DNA of 64,000 nt from Geosiphon pyriformis uo1. Taxonomy: Eukaryota > Fungi > Glomeromycota. The position numbers were made by a program, and so were the translations under genes. Where the stretch lies: NCBI GenBank assembly GCA_016748015.1, contig JAAOMT010000627.1, positions 186,001-250,000 on the forward strand, read 5' to 3'. Position 1 is the stretch's first letter, and each line of letters starts with the position of its first letter. The notes below the pieces were generated by a model. It was not told where the DNA came from and searched no databases. It was given only the letters and a program-made list of their open reading frames with translations. Below, one piece after another: positions 24,827 to 38,480 of this stretch.

Positions 24827-27800
24827 GATCCCTTTCTTATTATTGTTGAACCATTTCAGAGTCTGCTCCTTGGTGAGATCAGGAAGTGCGATATATATTT
24901 CTAGGTTTGAATCAGAGTCCTAATTGTTGATGTTTTCATTGTCATTTCAAACGAAGCTGGAACTGGTGTTTTTGTTATTGTCATTGTCAGAGTTTGAATC
25001 AGGATCAAAAACTGATTCCAATTCTAATGCACAACTGCTGATTGGTTCTTCTTCTGAAATTGTGTAGATTATACGTGGTGGTAGATTGTAAATGGGGGTC
25101 ACAATCATCACAGAATTAGAAGTCACATGGAATTAAACAGTGGTCACATAATCAGGTATTGATTTCCTTCAAACATTGCTCTTGCTTTTCTCTCGTGGGT
25201 GCTAGATTTTGATAGTGTTCATAGAATTCTTCTGGGCTGTTTTCTAAGTCGAGAAAAGTGTCTGGGTTGAGAACCAAAGCAATGTCCATTGGTTCTGGAG
25301 AGTTGTTTTTGATCTCCAAAATTTCACTGGGTAAAGCATCTTCTACTTTGGCATTGGCCATTTGCTAGATCTCATCTTTGTTGTGTGGATAATCTTCTAA
25401 GCAAGAGATCACTTGGTGCCAGGCTGCTGTAATGGGTGTTCCATGACTCACCCAGTCACTGATGAGAATTGTGTACTGGCACAAAGCATCACATGTTCCT
25501 CCTCAACCAGGAATGTCATTCCACATCCTTTTATCAAGTAGCTGTTTACCACAAGCGAGACATAGTTCATTGTCCCATTTGTCTTGGCACTTTGGATATC
25601 CATAGCGTTCATGGTGACATGGTTTGCAATAGTAATGAGTGTGCATCTAATAGTTTTCATCTGGTGCAACCCAAGCTCCTATTAAGGACAACTTCTTGTT
25701 GCAGTCTTTACATTTGAGAGAAATATGCAGTGGCTCTGGTCTGGTGTTGGTTGAATAGGATTTTCTCCAGCCACTGGTGCTGGCTTTGGTGGTTTTATTG
25801 GTTTCAAGTTGGTTTTTTTTCTTTCCTTTTCTTTTTTCTTGATTGCTTTCCTCCCACCCCCAAGTTGATGGGTCTTTTTGATCATTGTTGATTTCCCAGG
25901 CTTGATTAGTGTTTCAGGTCAGTTTTTCTTTTTCTTTTCTTTTTTCTTGGTCGTTGTTGTTCCAGGTAAGTATTGGCAGCAGTTCATTGTGGTCGACATC
26001 AGCCCATGACACTTGGTATGCTTTCCAAGTGGGTTTCGGCTTCTCTTCTTCCAAGTCAATTAGTGGAGCTGGCATGTGACTAGGTTTGAAATGGCCACAC
26101 ATTGCTGGTACTCATATATGTTGGCCATTTTGGCTAAGTTGCAACTTCTGAGTGGTCCAATCAAGGATGGTATTTGTTTTGGTGAGCCAGTTATTACCAA
26201 CTAGTGCTTGGTACTGAGTGGCTTTCATGACTAGTACTTTGATTAGGATAATTATGCCATTGACTTCTATAAAGAAGTCATCAATTTTGCCAATAGGAGT
26301 TTTGGTTGTTTTATCAGCAGTGATAATTTTTGTGCTGATAGCTCGATTAACTTGGTGACCTAATTGATCCATGAGTTGTCTTGTGATGATGCTGCCAGCT
26401 AATCCACTATCTAGGATCAGTTTGATAAGGTGGCCATTGACTTTTGCATCAGTGTACATTGCTGTGATGAGTTTTTCCTTTAGGGTGGCTCCATTGAATA
26501 GTGGTACTGTTGTGGTTTTCTTGAGTTTGAAAGGGAATATGGTGGCCAATATTTCATCATTGGTGACAGTGGTTGGAGGTATGTTGCTGATAAGTGTTAG
26601 TTGTCAATTGACTTCTGAGTTGTGGAAGGTGGTGTCTTCTGGAGTAACCAGAAAACTTAAATGGTGTTGGAAATTTTGATTTTGGGTGAAACCAGTGCCC
26701 AAATTCTACTGATGAGATCCAGATTGTTGTGTTAATGAACTGGAGATTGGTTAGTGAACTATCATTGCTGATCTCCAGTTTTGTTGTGTCATTCTCAGCC
26801 TTTGGGTTCCATTTTGAGGTAAGTTTTGTGGTGGTATTTGAATTTGGGGTGTTTGATAAATTAACTGGGGCTGCAGCTGATAAATTGTTTGGGGTGGTGG
26901 TTGATAAATTGCTGGTGGCTGCGGTTAGTAGATGGCCTGTGGTTGATATACTGGAGTTTGATATACTGGTGGTTGATAGATTGGCTGTTGCATCATGAGC
27001 TGATAAGTAGATTGATCTTGATTTTGATAGTTATTTGGAGTTTGGAACCAGCAATTGGGGTTTCGATATTGATTTCCCAATCGTGAGTTGCTATAAGTAT
27101 AACAATTGATTTGGTACTGCTGATGATGATGGATGTGACTGATTTTGGAAACAGTTTATGTTTCCCAAATTATGGCATTGTTGGGATGATTGATAAATTG
27201 CATGATTGTCAGCTAAGTATCCCTCTAATTTCTGATTAATTGAATTGCTGAATTGTTTCAATTTGGAATCCAGTTCAGATGATCTGTTCATTACTAGGTT
27301 TACGGCTTGAATATGATTGGTCTCTAACTCTGCTGACTCGAAATCTCTGGCATGTATAACTGCGTCTTGAAAAGTATTGGGATGCAATGTGTGTATATGC
27401 TGCAAGATGCTACTGTGCAGATCACAGATAAACTGGTTGAGGATTTGTGGCACTGTAAAATAGTTAGCATCGATTGCTTGAATCTGTCACAGATTTTTAT
27501 GGAAGTGTTCCAAGTAAGTAATGACTGCTTCCGTTTCCCTTTGTTTGATAGTAATAAAAGTGTTGGCCAAGTGATTAATACTATTATTATTACTGAAATA
27601 TCTTAAGAATTCCAGTTTGAATTCCTGGAAGTTTTGTGGTCTGGCTGCTAAACTTTGATACCAGGAATCAGCAGTATTCTGGAAAAAGTATGGAATTGCC
27701 TGGAGGGCTCTTTGGTTGTTCCAGTTATTTGCTGTGATTGCTTTGGTGACATCATTGATCTATGCCTGGGCATTGTTCTCTTTACTGGTAAACTTCTCAA

Positions 27801-28896
27801 GTTTTGCGATTGGTGCAAATGCCATGGGTTGTTGTTGTTGCTGTAGAGGTGGTACTGGTGGCTGTTGAATTGGCTGTTGTAAGTGTTAAATCAGTTGTTA
27901 GAGTGGTTGCTGTTGAATCAGTTCAATAATCAGTTCAATTGGTGGCTGATTGATGATGATTTCTGGAGGTAAGTTTTGCTGATTGATTGTTTTAGGGTTT
28001 TGATTATCCTAAGTTGGCAGTGTCTAAATATTCAGAATTTTGATTTCTGGGTTTTCTGGCTTTAGATTTGGCTGGGTTTGAGGATTTGGGGTTCCAAATT
28101 CCGAGTTTTCAGTGATCAGGTTCTAGTAAGTAAATTCTTGATCCTCGGATTCTTTTTCCTTTTTCTCTTCTTGTTCTCCTTCCAATTTAGTGATTTCCCA
28201 TGGACTTGCTGTTCCGAAATCTGGTTGAGGTGGCAGAGATTGAAATCCTAATGGCATTGGCAATTGAGATTTAAATTTTTCAAAATATTTGCCATATAGT
28301 CCTAATAGATTCTCTTTCTTTTGTTTACTTTGAAATGGAAATTTTTCAAATGTTGGTGTCGTGGTTGCTGTGAACGCACCTGTTAATGTTATATTGATGG
28401 CACTTCTGGGTGTATAATGGTATGATGGGTTGGTTGGTGATTCAACTCTTGTTTTCTTCCAAGTAGGTGGTTGTATTCTTTGAGGTGTTACTGCTGGTGT
28501 TTGTAGTTTTCCTTTATCTTTACTTGTGTAAGTAATTGGGTATTTTTGCTGTGTGTGATATTCAATTTCTTTGTTAATCTCAGTAATAATAGATGCAAAA
28601 TTATGATTTGTTGGTAGGCTGGTGTTTTGAATTAATTTGTTGTAGAAAGTTTCTCTTGCTGATTCAATATTTATTGATGTACTCAACAAATATGCAATTC
28701 TCTCATTGACGTAGAAATTGAAGGCTGATTCTGCTAATATGTGATTATTGTTTAACCTTAAGTGTTAGCAATAATGTTGAAATAAGGATTTTGTGAATCC
28801 TAGATGGTTTGCTCTTACACTTTCTGATTCTGCCACTTTTGGATGGGTTGTTGGTACTGGTTCTTTGTAGGATTATACCTTACAGGCAGCACCAAA

Positions 28897-29750
28897 TGTT
28901 ACAAGTAATTATTTGGAATTTTAAATCAAATAATAAATCTGTAATTTGGTGCTCAAAGGGCTGTTCACGGTGGATGGTAATCTGAAGATTTTGTAGTCTG
29001 AAGGTTTTGTTGGAGTCTTTTATATAATGGACAGAGATTCAATAATTGTTTTATCTGTAGCTTCCCAGAATCGCAATTCTGTCAATTTTTCTCTTGGTGT
29101 AATGACTAGCAATCCTCTGATAAGTATTCTATATCTACTGTATGTGTCCTACCCATTTGCAGGAGTCTTTTACTAGGCAATCCTTGATGTCAGTAATTTA
29201 GTGCTTTAATCCTTAATCAGTTAGTATTTAACAAGAAAAATCACAGAAGAAAGAAAATAAAAGAAAATAAAGAAATGAGCCAAGGCAATACACAAATTAG
29301 TATCTTGTCAATAGCTGTGATCAAGAGCTATTGTTCCAGTGTAGTTAAGTATCAACTACTATCAACACTTCATGTTGATAGTGGAGAGTGAATTTGGATA
29401 GTAAATGATTTATTTATTTAATATTTGGTGAATGGGAGATTTCTAACTAAAAATTCTTCTTTTTTCTACTTCTAATGCTACTGTTATATATTCATAATTG
29501 ATGTTCTATGAGATCACTCACATTTCTGAATGATGTGCTATGATTTCTTAAGCAATGTGCTCTAATTTTCTAACATTACTCCACATTGCTGAGCAATGTG
29601 CTGTGTTTTCTGATATTGCTCCATATTGTTAAGCAATATGCCATGCTTTCTGACATTGTTTCACATTACTAAGCAATGTGCTCACATGCTAAATACTATT
29701 CTCTTATTGGTCTGCTATTTTCTATATCTGTTTTCTTTTTATGAGTAAAA
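28897..29750 (-). repeat. 5' LTR of copy D (854 bp)
   Basis: Adjacent PBS; pairs with 19679-20452 but carries two more 40-bp array units. Confidence 0.93.
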
Positions 29751-29806
29751 GCACTAAATTACAGATTTGTTATTTGTTCTTACACTCCAAATAATTACTT
29801 ATAACA

Positions 29807-30790
29807 ATAACTTTGTGTTCAAATTTGGTGCTTTTTGTTCTTATTAGAAAAAAGTACATCAAAGCTAATAGAGTAATAATGTTTAGAAATGCTTGTAATT
29901 TTGCTTGTAATGTTTTTAAAACTGTTAATTATACTCATTAAAAGATTGGGCCTGAATTTAGTATTATTAATAAAAATATAATTAGAGATGTAAATTAAAT
30001 ACAAATGTTATCAATTTAACATCTTAATTTATATATGGTTTTAGGTTTTACAAGTAGACTTACTGCTGGTTTATATTTATATTTTATAAAGGTTATGTAT
30101 TATTACTTGTTTATTACTATTTATAAGTACTTGTATAATAAAGGTATTTCAATGTATTGTGTCTTTATTATAAAGATATGAAAATTTCTGATCATTTTTT
30201 TATGTGCAAGATAAAATTTGTTGTTTGCAAAAAGTTGCTTAAGACATATTTAGTCCAATAAAGTTTTATATCAAGATTGAATTTATTATTATCTTGTATT
30301 TTACAAATGCTTTTTTTGTATATATCTAATAATATTATTTATATTGTCTTGTATAAGAGTTTTGTGTTTAAAAATTGGTTTTTGAAAACTGTGTTTGTTT
30401 TTGGTTGTGCTAAGATTGTAAATAAAAAAATTATTGACTTTGTACAGAGTTTGGAGATGACTTATTATATTAATATATGGTTGGTAAAATTTAAGTATAG
30501 AGCAATTATAAATAAAATAGCCTGATTATATATGATGATTTTGTGTTTTTAATAGTTTATAGTTTGTTATTTTTGCTTTTTAATAGTATTATTAAGTTGT
30601 TTAGAATTGCAAAAACATATAGTATTAGTTTTATTTTACATAAACTATGTACTTTTTTTTAAGTGTTAATTGTGCAATTTCTATTAAGATAAATATATAG
30701 TGTAACTTTAATTGGCTCAAGTAACTGATTACATATAAAAAGTACATAATTTGTGTTTAGTTTAGATCATTTACTTTAATATATTATATT
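29807..30790 (+). mobile_element. Highly decayed LINE 3' part (post-RNase H region, C-terminal Zn finger, 3' UTR)
   Basis: Conceptual translation ...MVLGFTSRLTAGLYLYFIK...LYNK...VLCLY...ISDHFF aligns with 62840-63230; decayed 3' UTR motif at ~30698-30770. Confidence 0.75.
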
Positions 30791-30799
30791 AAATAATAT

Positions 30800-31650
30800 T
30801 TAAATCTCACTTATAAAATAATAATAAAAAAATAATAATGTTTATAATTATTGTTTAGATTTAAAATTTATTATAAATAATAAAATTAAAAAAAATACAA
30901 ATATAGTATTATATCAACAAAATTTTTTTTAAATAATACAATTTAAATTAAAAATTAACATATTATTATATATAATAATTTAAATATTAAAAGTTAATAT
31001 TTTATATTAATAATATTTTAATTAATAATAATAAAAATAGAACTATTTTAAATACAAAATTATAATTGTATTTTTATAGTTAAAATTAAAAAAATTTATT
31101 AATATTTCTAAATTTTTTTGTCTATTAAAGATTTAAGTATATTTAATTTTAAAAAAACAGATTTAAACATTAGATTTTTTGCCAACAAAATATTTAAAAA
31201 AATTATTTTTAACAAACAATTTAGTTATTTGTTTTTAATAATTTTGCAGTTTATTATTAATTATTATGTATAAATAAGTTTTCTGTTTAAATTTATTTAT
31301 AAAAAATAAATCTAAAGTTAATTTGTTTAAAAACGTTTTTAATAAAATTTTAGATTTTTTTTTGTATAATTTAAAATTTTGAAAAATTATAAACTAAAAA
31401 CAAGATTGCTATAATTTTAAATTTTTTAATATTGATAAAATTTTTAACTATAAATTATTTAATATTATTTTTGTTAATCAGTTAGTAAAAATAAAAATTT
31501 TTAGAATAAATATTTTTTTGTTATTAAAAAAAATTGAATTTTAGAAAGTTAATTTCTATTTAGTTTAAAAATATTGTTAATTTTTTTAAAACTTAAAAAA
31601 ATTGTAATTTGTTTTTTGAACAAGTTTTATTTTCAAATTTACAAATAAGA
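30800..31650. other. Extremely AT-rich low-complexity tract (similar tracts at 45185-45360, 46080-46440, 52750-53100, 55900-57080)
   Basis: Almost no G/C and no recognisable coding signal. Confidence 0.8.
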
Positions 31651-31661
31651 AATTTTTGTAA

Positions 31662-34600
31662 TTTTTTTTTTTATTGCAAATTTAACAAACGCAGCTCAAC
31701 CACTACCTAAGTACATAAAATCAAACAAGATTTCAATTTAGATGTGGCTCATGCATTTTCCACATGTGACTGGACACTTGGCCCAGTCAAGGCAGTACTA
31801 CACACATACAGGATTTGTCAAAGAAATACTATCTAAGAAACCGAAACCTAAACTAGCAAAGCAAGGATACAGGCCAAAACACAAATAAACACCCAACCTA
31901 AAACCAAACTCACAGATAGTACCAGCAGCTCATAAGCTTGATAAACTATCAACCAACAGTACAGCAGATTCATTCCATGGTAAAAAATTGTGCTTTTCAT
32001 AGAAGGCTCTCAGTTTAGCAGCAGGCAGCCAGATATTTAATCTATAACTCTTAGCAATATTATAGACCAACTTGACAATCAAGCTACCACCAGAAGTCAA
32101 ATCAAGGCACAAGACAGCATCTGACACCCAGCTTTTTAGCACAAACTCCTTGGCTAACAACATATAAAGACTGCCAGAAGACTTAGCCTTACTTAAAAAT
32201 TGCATCACCCTACTACCCAAAGCAGAATCACCAGCCATTTTACACCACTCCATACCAATGTTTAACAGTATATCCAGCCTGGCTACATTGTTGTGCTTAC
32301 ACAAAAACAAGTGATCAGATTCCTCAACCATTCCGCATCTAATGCACACCATGCTAGGATATTTAGGATTATACAATCTTTTCCTTATGGCAACTGGCAG
32401 GTAACAATGCAAAGACTTCATTAGGTAAGACTGTAGAGAAGCAGAAGACAAGCTGGTATAACCAAAGCGAATTCCACCATTAGGGTACCAAACACTGAAG
32501 GACTTGGATGAGTTGACATCACCAGCAAAATTAATATCTACAATGCTGGTCCCAAATTTGGACTCCCAACCGACAAAATTGACAGCATTGAACAATTTCC
32601 TAACAAAATTCCTATGCTCATTCTCGATAACACCTGAATGTTCTTTGACTTTTTTCTACGTGACTGCTAAATTCTTATTTGAAATAACATAATAAATATG
32701 CTCTTTCTCAATCCAGCATTTGCATCAAAAATCAGAACCACAACTACTCATATCAAACTTGCATATATCCAACAATACCTGACTGTCCATAAACAAGATG
32801 ACAGTGCTAAATTTAGGAACACACTCCAATGCTAAAGCAATGGCTTACAACTCCACCAGTGTAGAAGACAGCAATCCAAGCACTCTTATACTAACACTAA
32901 CATTGGCTTTCAGAAAATAAGCTGCAGCACCACTGCAGGCACCAATAGACCCCAAACTTTTGACAGAACCATTCATGTAAACATCAATGGAACCATGCCT
33001 AGTGGCAAGCAACTGCTCAGACACAAAACCAGTATCCCAAACAACATTGGCAGGAGCAGAACAAAATGCCACAACCTCGTTATTGCTCAAACTACCGAAC
33101 TTAACAAAATTGAAAACTGACACAAACCAAGCAGAAATTGGACCTCTGGAATCAAGCTTTTTCTACCTATGAAAAGTGTTCCAAATGAACACACGCCATG
33201 ACAATCTAACAGTTGGTTGGCAAAAATAAGGCCATATCTCTTAAGAGAATTTCTCACAACCAGGTAACCACTTACGCCCAACACATCCAGAATTAGCACA
33301 CCAAACCCAGCTCTAAAAATATTAGGGAGAGCACTATCCAAGAAAGTGTTGCACAAAGTAAGAGCATGCGTAACACTAGCTAAAAAACAATTCAAAGGAC
33401 TAATAGACAGTGTGACCAGAAAATGGAAAGAGTATCAGAGCATCCAGCTGGCTGCCTGTAAGTTTATTGCCCTGTGGTCGAAAAACCTGCCAAGAATCCC
33501 ACTCGCATTGCTAAAATTGACCAAATTGGCCATTAAACTTTCAGTAAGTACTTGTTCAAAAGGCTTCAGGCCATACAACATAAGATGATGCAGTGTCACA
33601 CTAGGAAAGTCCTTAGGCAAATTTGTCTTGAGTTTGAGTCTTTTTCTCAGTAACTTGTTCTACTTCTCACAAACACTCTTGGATGCAAAGCTAAATTGAA
33701 GTCTATAGCAGACAATTGGCTACAAGACAGCAGAAACCAGATACAAAAATTGTTTCTTAGTGATGGCCTTCCTTAGAACAACATTCAAAAAAAATCTGAT
33801 ATCAGCATGGATCTTGGCAAGACTTAGCTTGGACAACCCTTCAGTAGACAAGAAAATCTCCAAATATTGATAAGAATCACCCTTTTTGGTCACCGAAATT
33901 CTTGACCCACTAATGAACAGTTTAGCATTCCAAACACCTTGGTTGATAAGGATGGTGACAGTCTTGTCAGCATTTATTAAAATGTCATTAATAAAAAAAA
34001 ATTCACTAGCTATGTTTAAAATGTTTTATGTCATCATTAAGCAGTTTCCAATCCAAATTGTGTCATCAACAAAGACACCTGCTACAAAGAATGAAGTACT
34101 GTTACTGCTTGAGTTAGCCTTACCAGACTTAGTATAAAACTTTGAACACATTCTGTAGCCATATAACTGTTCATGTTTTTTGACTTCACATAGCAATGGA
34201 TCGTAAAAAATTCACCACAATAGAGGTAAAAACACCTCCCCTTAATCCAGACCATCATGTACAATATAACCATCAGACAGACCAAAATCCGTCATAACCT
34301 AATTGAATCTCCCATTGTGTATACCACCAAAAAAACTTATAAAGTGAGAACACATCTTGATCTTAATCAAACTATTGCACAGATGGGTTCAACCAACAGA
34401 GTTATATGCTTTGTGCATATCTTGAAGAACCAACCACAATTCTCTGTTCTTCTCCAAAGCATCCTCAACAATTGAGTTAACAGTAAAAATGGGAGATTGT
34501 GTGGAAGTATTTTTTAGTACTGAGAAGTTGTCATCATGCAAGATATCATACTTACTACAAGCCAAAAATATCCTGTTTGAGAGAATTTTAGACAAGATCT

Positions 34601-37600
34601 TCCATGCAGTTTCAATAAACACAATTGGTCTAGTGTTAGTAAGAGTACCTTCCCAATCATATGGTTTAAGAATCATGGAAACCCAAGATTTTCTCTACTG
34701 TGTGGAAACACTACCAGATTTTAAACACCTATTGAGAATGTTCAGAAGACTATTGAGAGCCAGAGAACCACTATGCTTCCAGAGTTCATTGGAAATTCCA
34801 GAAAGCCCAGCAGCCTTACTATTAGACAATTTTTTGACAACCACCAAAAGTTCATCCAAACTGATATCACACATAACCTCTGAGAACATATTATTATTAA
34901 CGTAGTCTAATAGAGCATATTGGTCAAGCCACCAATCTGGAAGAACATTAGAAACCAAGTGTTTCCTCATCCAACTTTCCATTATAGTATCAACTGAAAA
35001 CTTAACAGCTTGAGGCTCCAAGATAAGCTCATCATCAACAATCAAATGATCAAGAACCACCTTCTTAAAGGGCCGATCTAGAATGTTTTTAATCATTCTC
35101 CTCTTATTTGAGCAGAAATTTTCCATGCATTTTGCCACAGCCACTCTAATAGACTCATCTCTAGCAACCCTAGATTCATAATATTTGGACCTGTGGTATT
35201 CTTTCTTAACAACTGAAATGTGATGCACAATATCCTCAGTCTTAGCACTTTCATCAATCATAACCCGAACCTTGGATGCTCTATCAATATTTAAGCCCAT
35301 TTAAGTGTCAACAAAGTGGCCAGTCTCCAAACTTAGGCCTGTTTTCATACTGTTAACAATCTTAGACATCAACATTTCTAATCCATGAAATCTCGAAGAA
35401 GCCCTATTTCTCATGCTATCAAATTCACTAAACCAAAGTCTAGAAAAGATCACATTAGCAGAATCTATTATCACATTTCTGAGAACATTCCACATGCCAT
35501 TCAAATCACCACTATGCTCCGCATTGTGAAACACACCTGATCTTTTCAGAAACTTGGCTGAAGAGCACTCCATAAAATGCTCCCAACCATTAGTATCCAC
35601 ATTTTTTAGCTTAAATTTCCAGTGATTCTTAATAGCATTTCTATGAATGTCATCCAAACACATGTCCAAAAAACCACCCAAACTCATTGATACCAAAACA
35701 GCTCTATGATCAGTGTCAAAGAATTCAGTTACAGATTCTACTCTACAGCTGACTGCAACCGAGATCAGGCTCCCATTAATAAAAATATGATCAATGACTT
35801 TTTCAGTACCTTTCGAGTTGCTTCACATTGACACATTAGCCAAAGGATGTCCACCAAAAAAATTGACCAAACCCAAACTCAAACAGAAACTAAAACTTGC
35901 ACTCTTCTTAGACTTGCCCTCATTGAAATCACTGCCCAAAACAACAAAACTACTGGAATTGACCATCCAAACTATGAAGAAATTAATACTGGGCACTTGT
36001 CTAAACTGGTTACTAGGAGAGACACAGGCATACAAATCAACAACTGACACTGAAACCTTGCCTTTGAAAAAAAGACACACCAAAATAGCACAACCAGGAA
36101 CTTCTTCTACCTTAGACACATGTTGAACCAAAAGATTGTCCATAATTATCGCCACCTCAGCTCCAAAAAACCCAATATCCAAGCCAGATGTAAAAATGCA
36201 CATTCCATCAAAACTGTTCATAATTCATGGTCTAATATTAGACCTCAATTTCATTTCTGTAATGATAAACATCATATTGTCAGATTCCTTATGCCAATAA
36301 ACAACTTCTTCCTGCTTAGCAGAGACATTGAAACTCTGAACATTGCAAGTAGCAAACTTCCACACTAGCTCCATCATTGAGAAGAAAGAGCATTAGAAAC
36401 TAAACCAGCATTGTCAATCTTGGCCAAGAGGCCCATGACTGTGATCAAAAGATTTTTTAGAGTTTCTTCTATTTTAAAGACAACCAAAGAGTCACAAACT
36501 GCCACTTCTGCTATAGTCTTACCACTAGTGGTCACACCTGAGCCCTCACTTATCACTATATCCACCCTTTGATTCTGTGATGAAGAGATTACCAATGGCT
36601 GACATTTAGGACTAGGCTGGGAAACCATTGGCTTAGGTGAGTTCAATCTCTTAGCCAACTTATCAATACATTTCACAAGGCTGGCAAGACTACGCTCAAG
36701 AGCAGCAAACCTATCATTCAATTCCATAGACACCATCAGGATAGGTTTCATCTCTAAAGAGAAACCAGAAAAAGCTGAGCCATTGCATACAGGAAGAGGA
36801 GGGAATGAAGATCCACCAATAATATTGGCCTATGAGGCACCACTAAAAGAAACAGAACAGAAAATTGGGACAGAGTGTCTAGCATAAATGGAAGCCAGTC
36901 TGCTTTTATCATCATCTGACAATATCTTGTGAATTGGTCCACCAGGAGGAGTCTTTCCACCCACAAAACAATTCAGAAATATATGACCTAAATTTCCATA
37001 CTTAGCATACTTAGCAGAATCCATGTAAAACCAATACAGATTAGCACTCTTTAAAACAGGAGTGGTTTCCATAACAGTATTAATTAAGACAACAGAGTCA
37101 AAACAAACAACAGCACATCTGGTCCAGGCATATGTAACAGAGTGTCAATCAATAACACATGTTTTCCACCCACAGAACCAATGAAGTTCCAGATATCATA
37201 AGCATTTGTGCCTATTAGCAATGTATATAGTAAAGTCCTATGCTGATCCCTTGTATTTCATGATTCCTTGTCTGCATTAGTCTTGGCCATCCTCACAGCA
37301 TTTTTCCCAATCAAGATAGACCATCTAGCTGCGACTAAATCAGCCTGATCAGATTGGACAAATTCAATTACAGTCTTCTGTCATAGCCCTACCAATTGTA
37401 TTTTGATTGACACAACATAACCCAAATTCAGAAAGCGCAGCCTGCACAGTCTCAGCTGATGTTCCAACTGGAATTTTTTTCACTACCACAGCCTGATCTG
37501 AATGACCAGTTAATTTTTTGAGATCAGTGTTTACTAAAATGTTTGCTGCTTTTGCTTTTTCTGTCATCTGTGCCAAACTGGCTTTAGAAGTGAAGAAAAC

Positions 37601-38301
37601 ATGAATGATCCCAGAAAATTTTGAGGAAGTAGAGGCTCTCCCAAAACCATTGACTTTTGAAAATAATTTTCTAACTACTGCCAGCTTTTTCTGAGAAGAT
37701 TTCCCAGCCACCTTATTAAGACCAATATTCATAGCAAAAAATTTTCGGACAGAAACAGTAACTAAATTTTTCAACGGAGGAGGAAATACCAAGGGGACAT
37801 CCAAGAAAGCATCATCATTTTCATCTTGACCCAAAAAATCTATTTTCCCCAATGGCTTGCCCAATGCTTTTATAGTTTTAACACTTGGCTCTTTAGGCAT
37901 TTAAACATGATCCTCATCAGCAATGTTTCCATTCTCACCATAGTCAAAACTAGTTTCTTCTACCAGACATTCTTTCTCTATATCAATGCTTTTAAATTCA
38001 GTGGTGTCACCAGTCTCAAAACCCCATAAGTAACCACTTGGCACTTTAGTTGGCACACTATCTCTACCAATACTTTCTTCCAAACTGATATCTTTCCTCT
38101 TCTTTCTAGACAAAACAGACTTGAAGTCCTCACTAGCACCAGAATTCTTAGCAATCTTCTTTATGACGGCTATACTAGGGCCAACAGTAGTCTCGAAATC
38201 AAAAAACAGTTTGGTTTTATTGTACTGAATGATGAAAAATACTTCTTTTAAAAAAACTTTTTGACTCTTTTTGGGAATTTGGGATAAACAAGAGAAAAAA
38301 G
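31662..38301 (-). mobile_element. Full-length LINE L1 (ORF1; ORF2 APE-RT-RNase H-Zn finger), decayed
   Basis: ORF2 36377-31798: WKFATCN, GSDFN, TDH, RPIVFIE, QDMHKAYNSV, FVDD, RNase H YMNGS/VEL, CIRCGMVEESDHLFLC. Poly(A) 31662-31672; candidate TSD TTTTTGTAAT at 31653 and 38315. Confidence 0.93.
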
Positions 38302-38480
38302 TTTTTTTTTTTTTTTTTTGTAATATTAATAATTTTAATTCTATTGTAAAAAATTTGTGTAATATTAATTTATTAATAGTTGTTAAAAATATAATATTAT
38401 AAATAAAAAATATTAATTTTTATTAATTATTATATGTATTAATCAAATAATATTACAATAAAAAAACTAATTAACAAAAA

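Larger units (their letters stand above)
19679..29750 (-). mobile_element. Ty3/Gypsy copy D, full length (10,072 bp), inserted in the U5 of copy C's LTR
   Basis: LTRs 19679-20452 and 28897-29750, PBS 28878-28894, PPT ~20456-20467, TSD ACAC/GCAC. Gag, PR (LILDSGLAGS), dUTPase (from 24826), RT, RH, IN (from ATG 22539), ORF3. Confidence 0.95.
17272..29806 (+). mobile_element. Ty3/Gypsy copy C: oldest, heavily AT-shifted, internally deleted; host of A, E and D. Own sequence: 17272-18072, 18929-19678, 29755-29806
   Basis: Decayed post-protease, Cys-cluster and dUTPase-start homology at 17272-18020, jumping directly to the pre-PPT motif. The split 3' LTR rejoins across E and D and ends ...TATAACA at 29806. 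Confidence 0.8.
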
